Below, piece by piece: positions 12,501 through 24,500 of a stretch of DNA of 64,000 bases. Numbering within the stretch: position 1 is the stretch's first letter; the number at the start of each line of letters is the position of its first letter. The notes below the pieces were generated by a model. It was not told the DNA's origin. It saw only the letters and a program-made list of their open reading frames with translations, and searched no databases. The translations under genes were made by a program, and so were the position numbers. Origin of the DNA: Heteronotia binoei (lineage: Eukaryota); the NCBI RefSeq assembly GCF_032191835.1, contig NC_083238.1:32054001-32118000 (forward strand), in the 5' to 3' direction.

Positions 12501-15500
12501 GGGTCTTGCAGTATTTCATATCTAAACATACACAACATTACAAACCATACAATTTTGGGCTTAAATACAAATAGTGAATTCTTAAAAAAAACTTAATCAG
12601 ACTTACATTCATTAATCAATACATTCAACATTCTGAGTCAAGATTGCTGGCTCCTCCCAGGAAGTCCAGAAAGAAGCCCGGGAGTCTCACACTCTAAAAG
12701 ATCTTAATTGAGCACAGCTGCAAACAAGCTGCTACAGGTTTAAAGGTACAGTAACACAGTACATATGTACAAAAATTTATTACCATCACAAGAAGTGCAG
12801 TTAGTTGGAAAACACCAAAATCATGAATTATAAACAAGAAAAATCCAAACTGACATTAAGACCATTGGGAGCCAAGGTACCTAATTTAAAGGACCCAGAA
12901 GTCTCTTCTTTAAGCAACACCTTGCGTACATCCTGTTCAAGACCAACCCTCCCCTCATATCAATACAAGATGAAAAATCGAAAATCCTCTGCTCTGTGGC
13001 CCATCTCGGTGAAATGGCCCACGAGAGGAGCATCAGGCACGGATAAACAAACACGAGATTTGTACTCAAGGACCTTAGGTTCTCACTTGGCGCGTGGTAC
13101 TTCCCATGTATCATTTTGGACACGAGCAGGACATGCAGTACACCACCCGTTGAGTGCGGCAATTGCTGAAATGGTTCAGGGTGACTTTCACCCCGTTGGG
13201 ACTCCAAAATTCTTTCCCCTGCCAAGATTGATGGCAAACCGAGCAGCCAGAGCTAGTAGTGCTATTGGGCACTTTAAATGCTCTGGCTGCTCGATTTAGC
13301 TCTTGCACCACTGACAATCTCTGAAAAATGGCATTATGATTGCCTCATAAAGTGTGGAAATGATTATGGTGGAATTTGATATATCTTGGACTGATGATTC
13401 AAGTTTTCCCTTTTTGCCATGTCAATTTGGTGTCATAGGAATTCACTTGTGTAAATAGATGTTATCAGCTTTGTGCTAAATGTATTTTTAAGACTTTTTG
13501 AATTATACACTTTGATTTGTTTTTTATAATTTTTATTGATTTTAACTATAAAAAGAAAAAGCATAAGCATAGATACAGAAGCATTAAAGAGGGGGAGGGA
13601 GTGGATACAGGGTGGGAGACCAGAAACAAAGAAAAATGCAAATATATCAGTTACATTTCTACCTCCAAATGAAATACCCAATTCTTTCTACCTGCAAGTA
13701 TTAAATTTTCCCCTTATATTTTACCATCTTTATCTTTCATTATACACTTTTTACTAAACTATTCTTCTTCAGCACATATAAGTATAAAAAAGTCAGAGAA
13801 GTCTCAACACAGAACTAACTGGCTAAGCTTAACCATATTAAAAATACAAATTTGTTATTTTAATAATGTCATAATTAAAATGAGCATAAAATGCAAATAT
13901 CTTTATCCTTCTAACTTATTTCAAACAGAAAGAGGGAAAAAAATCAGATTTAAAATATCATAAAATGTAGAGAGAGAAAAAAGTAATAAGCAGGAAAAAA
14001 CCATAGTAATTTATCTGTCTCAGTATAAACAATTTCTCCAAACAAACATATTAAGAGCAGATCTACCAGATAACAGAATAATTGTGTTGTCTGCTATCTT
14101 AAAAATTGATCCAAGTTAACTATTTATTTATATAGTTAAAAACTTACTTGCCGAGTAGAATTGCCGTGCTTGAGGTAGGAAAGCGATGCATCAGAAGCTT
14201 GTTAAGAAAAAAAAGAGCAAGCGGTCGGGTGTTCACCTCTTACTGCCATAATGGCAATCATGGTGGCGGAGCTTCAGGGAATATAAGGACAGGAACAGCT
14301 GCCGCTATGCCCCTGGCTTCTTGCAAAGCCCCATGCTGAAAGGAAACCCCTTCAGGGTCTCCTTGGAGATGCCATGTTTGTGGCACCTCTCCAACCGCCT
14401 GATTCAGGGGGGCCGCTAGAGATAAGCTCTGCGGATCCCCACTGAGCTCAAGGCAACATAACCTGGAAGTCCCATCCTGTTCGAGACCAACCTTCCCCTC
14501 ATATCTATACAAAATGAAAAATCAAGTCAATTTGATGTCATAGGAATTCACTTGTGTAGATTGATGTTATCAGCTTTGTGCTAAATGTATTTTTAAGACT
14601 TTTTGAATTATACACTTTAATAGTTTGAATACTTGCAAGTAATTTACAACCGTGAACCTTTCTGGTTTTCATATTTGTAAAAGAGAAAACATCACAAAAG
14701 CAATGTTCACTGATGCCAAAGGATGGATGGATGGTTTAAATGAAATAGGAATGTCTTGTTTTTGTGAGAATAGGGAGAAATATATTTGAACACAGGCGCA
14801 CAGTCTACAGAACCACCTATACAAAATGTTTGCGGAAGGAGAAGTCCTGGCCACCTCACAGATGAAGCTCTAGGAGATGAAAAAATTCTCCTGCCTACCC
14901 AGTTTCCCTTAACTGCTTCTTAAGTGAAGTTCACCACTCACTCTGAGAACCACAGTGTAAGAAAAACTGTAAACAGCCATCTGACATTCAATATAATTTG
15001 ATATCTTATACTTAATACCTTTAAAGCAAAGCCTAATGTTTTTATAGTTCACATCTAATTGCAGTATGACCTAATTCTGAAAAAAAGCTAGCGTAATCTT
15101 CCTATCAACAAACAGAAGCCAGACTGGGCCCCACAGTCACATGTTTATCATAACAAGCCGTGAAGGGCAGAAAGGGTTCCTATCTGACAAGACAGATATA
15201 CACTCCATTGAATAAATCTCCTCCATATCAAACTCAATTTAGAGCATCAGCCTGGCACAAAGAAGGTCCCAGGTTCAATCCTCAGTACCTCCATTTAAAA
15301 GATCTGGCAGTAGGTGATGTGAAAGACCTCTGCCTGAGACCCTGGAGAGCCACTGCCAGTCTGAGAAGACAATACAGATTCTGATGGACCAAGGGTAGGG
15401 GGTGTGCATTCAGCACAGACCAAGTCTAAAATTTTTCAGATATTGTTTAAGCTGAATACAGATTCAGAGAATCTGATCAGCTACTGGTATAGCTGAGCCT

Positions 15501-18500
15501 GAACAAAAGCCATTTTTATTTTATTGGGGGATATTAAGCTACACCAAGGATTAGCTGGGGCAGCAGGATCTGAGAGTTCTGCACCACCTCAGCTGGGGCT
15601 GGTTCTTGCAGTTCAGTTTAAAATGAGCTGCAAGAGGAGCCAGCCCAGGATCGGCCAGGGTGGCAGGAGCTACGAGTTCCCCACTGCACCCAGCTCCTGG
15701 GGTCAGCTTCTCCCGTGGCAAGATTTAAGCCACACCACAACAGAAGCCCTCCCAGCCAGGTCTGCATGTGGCAGGGAGAAAGAGACCTCTCCACTGCATG
15801 CAGCTCCTGGAGTCAGTTTCTTCTGCAGCATGGTTTAAACAGTGCTGCAGGAGAAGCCAAGCCAGACCCAGGGTCAGGCTGGCTTTTTAAATTATTATTT
15901 TTGGCATTTTTCTTCTCAGGTCTATTGTATCTGAAAAACTTTGGATTTTTCAAAAATACCGGAGTTTTTTTCAGTTCCAATAGACCTGAACCAAAAAATT
16001 GCCATTTTTTTGCACACTCCTAAATATGGGTCTGATTAGGTATAATAAGAACATAAGAGAAGCCATGTTGGATCGGGTCAATGGCCCACCAAGTCCAACA
16101 CCCCAGGTGCCATCAGGAGGTCCATCAGTGGGGCCAGGACACTAGAAGCCCTGCCACTGTCCCCCTCCCAAACACCAAGAATACAGAGTATCACTGCCCC
16201 AAGGAGCTCCAACAATACGCTGTGGCTAATAGCCACTGATGGACCTCTGCTCCATAATGCATTCATGTATAAAGCTCTGACATGCTCTAAAATGAGTTAC
16301 TCCCTCAAGCAATGCAACTAGATGGAGACAGATATTTAAATTCTCTTAACCAGCAATACAATTATGTAATTACAGCAAATATTGCTTCCTGGGAATTCAG
16401 AATTTGAAGTTCTAAACAAAAATTCATATTGAACAAGAACTTTGGACGCAGTCCCTGCTCCCTTGGTGACAACCAACCTAATCTCATCTAAGGTCGTATT
16501 TATTTATGGAATTTTATTCTGCCTTTCAGTCCCCCAATACTGTATTATCAAAGCAGATTACAAAAACAAACTCAATACAAATATTAAGCTGTAATGAAAA
16601 TATATCAAAGTTATTTAAGACTTATGTCCATTATGCGAGCATTAGTCTGCTGCTCCTATGCAGGCACAAACACCAATACAATCATTTGTTTGAGATAGCA
16701 TGTTATATGGGGAATCTGTCAGTTGGCAAAGATTGTGCAAACTTTCAACTAATCTTTCACTAGATCAAGAGAGAAAAAAAGTAGATATGACCTAAAATAT
16801 GCATACATGTACAACATTAACACAGAAAGCTGAAACATGTAACGAAGCCACAGCAAGAAAGAGCTGAAAGATTCACAAATAATCTACATTTATTAGGTCA
16901 AAATTACCACCATACGAAAAGCATCAGACATGCAACAGCGAGACAGCACATCAGTGCATGCTGTGATTGAAGCAAGTCCAGTAATTAAATGCTGGCTTTG
17001 TAAAAGTATACTAAGATGTGCAGCCTTCAGCTAATGAGCCAACTATTTCTTGTGAGGCAATTTAAAGAACTTTGTTAAATATAGTGAAAAATGAATACAC
17101 AACTTGCAACAGTGGCAACTTTCCCCACCTAATTTATCCGGGGGAAATCGGTATTTTTCAGGTATATTAAAGGTAAAGGTAGTCCCCTGTGCAAGCACCA
17201 GTCGTTTCCGACTCTAGGGTGACGTCACATCACAACATTTTCATGGCAGACTTTTTAACAGGGTGGTTTGCCATTGCCTTCCCCAGTCATCTACACTTCC
17301 CCCCCAGCAAGCTGGGTACTCATTTTAAACACGAGGAAATTTCCCAAAGAATCCCGGATATATTCAGGAATTACCAGCAAACCCAAAGAACAGCTAAGGG
17401 GGACTGCCTGGAAGAGCCTGCGGGAATAACTTTCCCCACAGGACCAGCTGCTTAGCAAGCTCTGATGGGCAGTCTGGTTTAAACTGGGCTGCCCAGAAGA
17501 GCCCCAGGAAAGCCTCCAGGGAGAGTTCTTGCAGGATCAGCCCCTTTGCAGGTTCTTTTGGGCAGTCCAGTTTGAAGGGTCTGCCCAAAAGAGCCCCAGC
17601 TGAGCCACCTCTCAGTTTTTTTCTGTGGCTTTGCTGCTGCTTCCCCCCCCCCCCTGTATTTTTTGGTTTGGGTCTACTAGATCTGAAAAAAAAATCAGGA
17701 TTTCTGAAAAATCCCAGATCCAAATACTTTACCAATATTGGGATCTAGGTTTTTTCAAGAATCCCGAATTTTCTCCAGGTCTAATAGACCTGAGTCAAAA
17801 AATACTGAGAAAAAAAAATGCACACCCCTAATTTCCACAAACCTGGAGATGGCCATCAAGTCCAACCTTCCACTACAGACCTCAGACTCCACACACAAAT
17901 GCACACACACCCCGATCTTCCTGGGGGTCCCCTATTCCTTGGGAGCAGCATTTCAGGAAGTATTTTGAACAGCAGTGGGATGGGGAAAATGAAAAAGTCA
18001 CATACTACTGATGGAAACAGGGTACACTGAAGGGAAGTTGTCACAAATACTTTTCAAGCCTATAAACTAATTGATATTAGAGTACCATTTAAGACAGATT
18101 AATATTACGTAACAACTACAATTGACAACATATGGGCAACACATAAAACATTTCTGAAATGAGAATATCAACTGCTCCATAATTTTTAAAAACTGTTTGC
18201 TACCTTAAAAAACAAATCAAAGAACAGTCAAAACATGTTGCCTTTTATTAAAGAATTATGCCCACAGGCTAAGACGCTAGTTATGAGAGTTTTATTGAAT
18301 GCAAATTTTACTGATATCTGCTGATTCTTTGGCGGTATAATTGTCTTAGTCTGAACATATTTTGAAAATGTTAAAACACTCTGAACTAAGGCATAATTAA
18401 AGTGTTGTCTTATATGGAGGAAAGGGGAGGATGGAAAGGGAGTCTGCAAGTGAACTCCAACTGATATTTTGTATTAAAACTTGGTAAAATTTTATGGGGT

Positions 18501-21500
18501 AAATTTACAACCCCAGTGGTACTTTTTTTTTTTTTGCAGACTACATACAGAAGTAGTTCTACAGAGTTTTCCTCTTAGGTCATTGTCACTTGCACATTAG
18601 TAAATTATGTCCTCAAAGTGCAGCTGCTGAACAGTTTTATTTCTATTTACAAAAAAAGCACCTGGGGTATAAAACAAACATAGGGAACAAATTATTTTAC
18701 CATTGGGGTGTTGTTTTTTAAAGAATGATGTATGCTGGAATTTGGCTTGAGGTATAAATATGCCTCAGAACACAATTGTGTACTTTTTCAGAATATTATA
18801 GCAGGGTATTTAAATAGTTCCTTATAAAAAGCTGTACTACAAAAAACAAACAAAAATCAAAGCTCTTGCATCCCAAAAGCCAACAGAAGACAACACGCAT
18901 TCGCTATGCATTTTATCTGCATAATAAAAGCACATGTGGGTAATCCATGCATTAGGCCAGATTAAGACACAGATTTTTAAAACTCTCAGTCTTATCACAA
19001 ATTGACAGCTTTAAAGTACACTGCAATAATTTACCTTCAGTACTGAACATGCTACAAGTACAGTAAAGTCCAAGCATCAGTCATCGAATCTAAATACACA
19101 AAATATAGTGAATTTGTATACATTTACCTTGATTCTATTCTTCTCTTGGGTCTGTTCAATGACAATATCAGGGCCACCCTGAGAAAAACTCAGAGTGCTA
19201 CCAGAACTATGCTCTTTATGGCTGTCTCCAAACCAAGAGAAAGGCATGCAAGTGGGAATAGGGGAATCGGAATCTGAGGCAGATAAATTGTTGTCTTCCA
19301 GTAATTCACGAGAGCCTCTGAAATAGAATGAATCTTGTAAATGATTCTGAGATAACCTTTTGTACTCATAACTATACTGTACTAAATATATTTGACTAAA
19401 AATTCCAAATGTGACAGCTATGTTAAGTCTATTGAGGCCAAAACAAACAGGAAACTTAAAAGTTCAAGTTTCAAATAATCTTTTCAGTCTGGAGGGCAAC
19501 GTTAAGAATGCAATATGAATCTATAAATACCGGCTATCCAGAGAACCTCTTGCATTTTCTTTTTCCTGTTTCTTGCCTTTACCGCCAGATTTTCTCAGGC
19601 CCCTGAAAATAAGGAAGACATCTAATTTGGCAGTCATAAAAACAGGACGTCAAAGACAGTTGTGATATGAATTTGGTAACTATCACATAGTTGCCAATTA
19701 GAACTGACACTTCACATTTTAAAAGACACAAAACACTAAAGGGAGGCTGCCAAGTTCAGCACTGCCACTTTGAAGGTGGTATTTAGCTGCACCTCCTTCC
19801 TAGATATGGATGCTCTGTCTGCAGCAACCCTGCATACGGAAGCAACCTATGCTTCATTTGGTGACTATATTAGCATCATAAAGCATTAATGTTTCATCTT
19901 GGAAGTGTACCACCAGCATTCATCACAAGCAACATATGAATTCCAAGCTGTCCCTAGAAATGCTGCCAGTGTCAATTTGAGGATTCTTCAGAACTCCAAT
20001 ATCTCCTGCCCTTACTGAACCATATTTCATCACATCTAAGATATATCCCACCTGCTAGAGAAATACACTTCAGTCTTTATTTTTACTCTCTTATAGGTTT
20101 GAGGCCCAATCATCTAGCCAAGCACTCCTTGGATAAGAGACACTAGACTGACACTAGAACCTGCTAACAAGAACAAAGCTGCAGTTTTAGGATCAGAGAG
20201 TTTTAGGAACATGCAGTTCCTCAAGCATGCAGGCCACAGGTCATGAATGTTTTTAAAGATGAGTTCCAACACACTGATCGGTCTGGAGACCAAGTCCTAT
20301 GAGGAAAGGATGAGGGAGCTGGGTATATTTAGCCTGAAGAGGAGACAACTGAGGTGATATGACCACTGTCCTCAAGTACTTTGAAGGGCTGTTATATAGA
20401 GGATTGTGCAGAGTTGTTTTCTGTTGCTCCAGAAGGTCAAACTAGAACCAACGGGTTGAAACTAAATCAAGATTTTTTGACTAAACACTAGGAAGAACTT
20501 CCTGACAGTTAGAGCAGTTCCTCAGTGGAACAGGCTTCCTCAGGAGGTGGTGGGTTCTCCTTCTTTGGAGGTTTTTAAACAGAGGCTAGATGGTCATCTG
20601 ACAACAATGCTGATTCTGTGAATTTAGGCAGATCATGAAAAGGATGGCAGAGGGAGGTACTTGTGAATGTCCTGAATTGTGCAGGGGGTTGGACCCTGGA
20701 GGTTCCTTCCAATTCTATGGTTCTATGATTCTGTGAATAGAACTCAGAAATTAGTTGGCAGCAAGTGAGGGAACCTCATAACAGGAATGGCATGATCCTG
20801 CTGGTTAGCCCCTGATAATAAATTGGCTGCCATATTTTTGCACCAGCTATAATTTCCAAATCATCTTCAAAGGCAATCCAATGTAGAGTGCATTACAGTA
20901 ATCTAGCCTCAAGGTTACTGCACCATGGTTATCATGGACAGATAAGGCATATGCAAATAGGAGCCAGCTTCCTAACCATACGTAACTAAAAGTAAGCATT
21001 TTTCACTGTCACCACCAAGATGCAGCAAGACATTTGGAAGGTTCTATTCTCAGGAGATATACAAACAGCAAACCAACACTATATAGTAAAAATGTAGTTT
21101 GGTTAGATAATGAAAAAACTTTACTAATCCATCATTAAAATATAAAGAAATCTTACCCAAAATCAGGAAAACGCCTTTTGGATTTTCCTGTAGAAGCACC
21201 TTCATTTGATTCAGCCTTTTCTTCATTCTTTTTCTCTTCTGTTACATTAAAAAAAGATTCACATCACTCATAATTCCTAAGTCTAACAAATGAAAATACT
21301 GATATGAAGTATCTGCCCTAAAGACGCTTTGCAAAATGAAGCTGATGTTCTGTGTCCAATAATTCTATTAAGTTCCTAGTGAGACCACCTAACCTCTGCT
21401 TCTGTCTTCTGTTCCTAATTCCCACCTACCTCAAAAGCAAGTAGATATGGAGAGGCAGGCCATTAGACATTTTTGGAATGCTCCTAAGTTGGCACAGAAC

Positions 21501-24500
21501 CCCTAGCGACACAGCTTTTCCCGACCTGTTAAGTCCTGTAATGTCTGCATTCCAGAAAGCTAAGTTGGTGGTATACAGTCATTACTGCAAGAACTTTCTG
21601 TACATCCCATGACAATACCTTTGAAATGGTCTCCTGGAACATTTTGAAGTATGGGCAGAAATACATTAGCAATGTCTTCCTGTATTTTTTTTCTGGTGAA
21701 GTCACAGCCAACTTATGGCAACTTCATAGGGTTTTCAAGGCAACAGACCTTCATAGGTGGTCTGCCATGCCTACATTCTAGCCCTTCGATTATTTAATGT
21801 CTACTTGTCCTCATCTACTCATAATCTTTCCTTCATGCTCCAACGCTTGCCAGCCTTACATTTCCTGTATTACTATATGACAGATGACATTGTACTTTTT
21901 TTGTCAACAGTTGGTATCTGACATGCTTTACATCAGGGATGGCCAAACTTGCTTAATATAAGAGCCACATAGAACAAATGCCATATGTCTGAGAGCTGCA
22001 AGACATGAACATCTGAAGTTTGAGAGCCACAAGACAGGAAGGGAGGAAGGGAGGTGGAAAGAAAGCAACTTTAATTATATTATCCAAGCTGACATCTGGC
22101 TTGGCTTGGATAAGTGATTTAAAGACAGAAATGCCTTCTCCAAGTTGGCCAGAGGGGCTTCAAGAACCACACAATATCTGTGAAAGAGTCACCTGTGGCT
22201 CCCCAGCTGCAGTTTGGCCACCCCTGGTATAGCCTGATGTCATCAGATCTCGAAAGATGAGTAGAGCTGGTACTTGGATGGGAGTCCACCAAGACTCTGC
22301 AGAGGAAGGCAGTGGCAAACCACCTGCTTCTCACTTGCCTTGAACAGCCCTTACTGAAGTCACCATAAGGTTATTCTGACTTAACAGCACATGCATATAT
22401 AAAATGCGACAAGGCAAGGGTTTTCATATCAAAATTTCTACCATGAAAAACCATGAGGACTTTTTCAAGATTTTCAACAAAAAAATGGGAAATGTTGAGG
22501 TGTACTGGAAAAAAACCCCGTCTTATACTGTAGACTTACACAGCATTTGCAAACTTTTTGATTTGCAACATTTTTGGATGGCAAAATGCTATAATGTGTT
22601 AAATGCATTAATAAAGAATTCAGTATTTTCAATATTATAACGTTTAGCTTAACACCTGATATTCTGGCAGTCCTAGCTGGAATTCCATGAGAGAATTTCT
22701 TTCTAAACACAATTTGCACTGATTACTACAAAATTTCTTTTCTGCCTTCAACTTTTTTTCTCTCACACACACGTGGCAAAAATTAAAGATACATGTGCTA
22801 TGGGTAGCATATGGTACAGCAGTATGCAACATCCTCTAGAGACATGGTATTTATCTTAAAGAAAGTGAAGTTATTTAAACTTTTAAATTCCATGAGAATG
22901 TTGAATGGAGAGCCAGTTTGGTGTAGTGGTTAAGTGTGTGGACTCTTATCCGGGAGAACAGGGTTTGATTCCCCACTCCTCCACTTGCACCTGCTAGCAT
23001 GGCCTTGGGTCAGCCATAGCTCTGGCAGAGGTTGTCCTTGAAAGGGCAGCTGCTGTGAGAGCCCTCTCCAGCCCCACCCACTTCACAGGGTGTCTGTTGT
23101 GGGAGAGGAAGGTAAAGGAGTTTGTGAGCCGCTCTGAGACTCTTCGGAGTGGAGGGCGGGATATAAATCCTACATCATCTTCTTCTCCTTGAATAGTACC
23201 AATTTTATATGCTACCTAAGTTGTAAGTAATTTATTTTATGGTGCGGTGGATAAAAAGTACAGATCTGATAGGAAAGTTTGACAGGAAAGTATCATACAT
23301 TTCATCCCCCCCCCCCCTCAACACATTTCAATTTCCCCACAAAAACATTGGTTTTTCCCCCTGTGGTTTCATTATGACTTGAGAACTTACATCTTTATTG
23401 GCAACAGCCATCATGGACCACAGAAGACATGGGAAGAAGGTGCATTTTGGGTACATGTCATCCTACAGCAGGGGTCCTCAACCCCTGGGCCATGGACCAC
23501 TACCGGGCCATGGCCTGTTCGCAATCGGGCCGCGAAGCCTGGCCACCCCCCCCCCCACGGCACTACTCAGTCTGCATCCTCCGAAGTTACAATTTTAAGG
23601 CTGGGAAAGGGGTGGTGAAGCGGGCTCCCCCCCCACCTTCGATCAGCTGGGTAACCGCCGCAGTAGTGGCAGCGGTTTCCCCAGGGGGAAAGGGGTGTTG
23701 GCCTTTAAAGAGCCAGGGAAGGCGGCGTTTCACCACCCCCTTCCCAGCCTTAAAATTGTAACAATGGAGGGGGGAGGAGGCGCCACATGGTGGAGTGGGT
23801 GGCGAGGCTGCATGGCATGGAGGGGTGGTGACGCTGCACAGCACCACAGGGGATGGGGGTGGGACTGAATTCGGTGCCCCCACCCTGCTGGCCCTGGGGC
23901 CGCGGTGGGCGGGCCACCCCTGGTGCTGGTCCCCGGTTCCAAGAAAGTTGGGGACCACTGTCCTGGAGGACACTAAGCAACCTTCCAAGCAAGAATCATC
24001 AACATTGCACTAATACACTGTAGTCCAGCGGTGGCCAACGGTAGCTTTACAGATGTTTTTTGCCTACAACTCCCATCAGCCCCAGCCAGCATGGCCAATG
24101 GCTGGGGCTGATGGGAGTTGTAGGCAAAAAACATCTGGAGAGCAACCGTTGGCCACCCCTGCTGTAATCATTTGCTGTAACAGGACTCCAGTAGAACTCA
24201 AGCTTTGTAAAACTTGTTTTTCCTAAGTAACACTGCTTTCTGTGCCACTGTAGCTATGTAGATCTGCCGAACAGAGCGGCAGAATAGTAGCACAGAATGT
24301 CTATCATGCAAATAACTTACCTTTGCTCTCTTTGCCTTTGCCCTTTGATTCTCTTTGTTTAACATTTCTGCAGTATCCTGAAGGACAACTTAGAGTTGCA
24401 TCATCATTAGAAGTGGAATGAGCATTTCCAGAACTATTTTCTATGTGTGGCTTATAAATTGGAGAAGAGTGCACAGAAACTGATGGACTGGACTCTAATA

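Noticed and set aside
22227-22290. 5S rRNA-like sequence (several copies)
   Set aside because: Truncated and diverged, and continues into a SINE body; not rRNA genes.
24026-24161. Long hairpin resembling a pre-miRNA or CRISPR-like repeat
   Set aside because: TIRs with an 8-bp TSD and a sister copy at 51478 identify it as a hAT MITE; no repeat-spacer array exists in the window.
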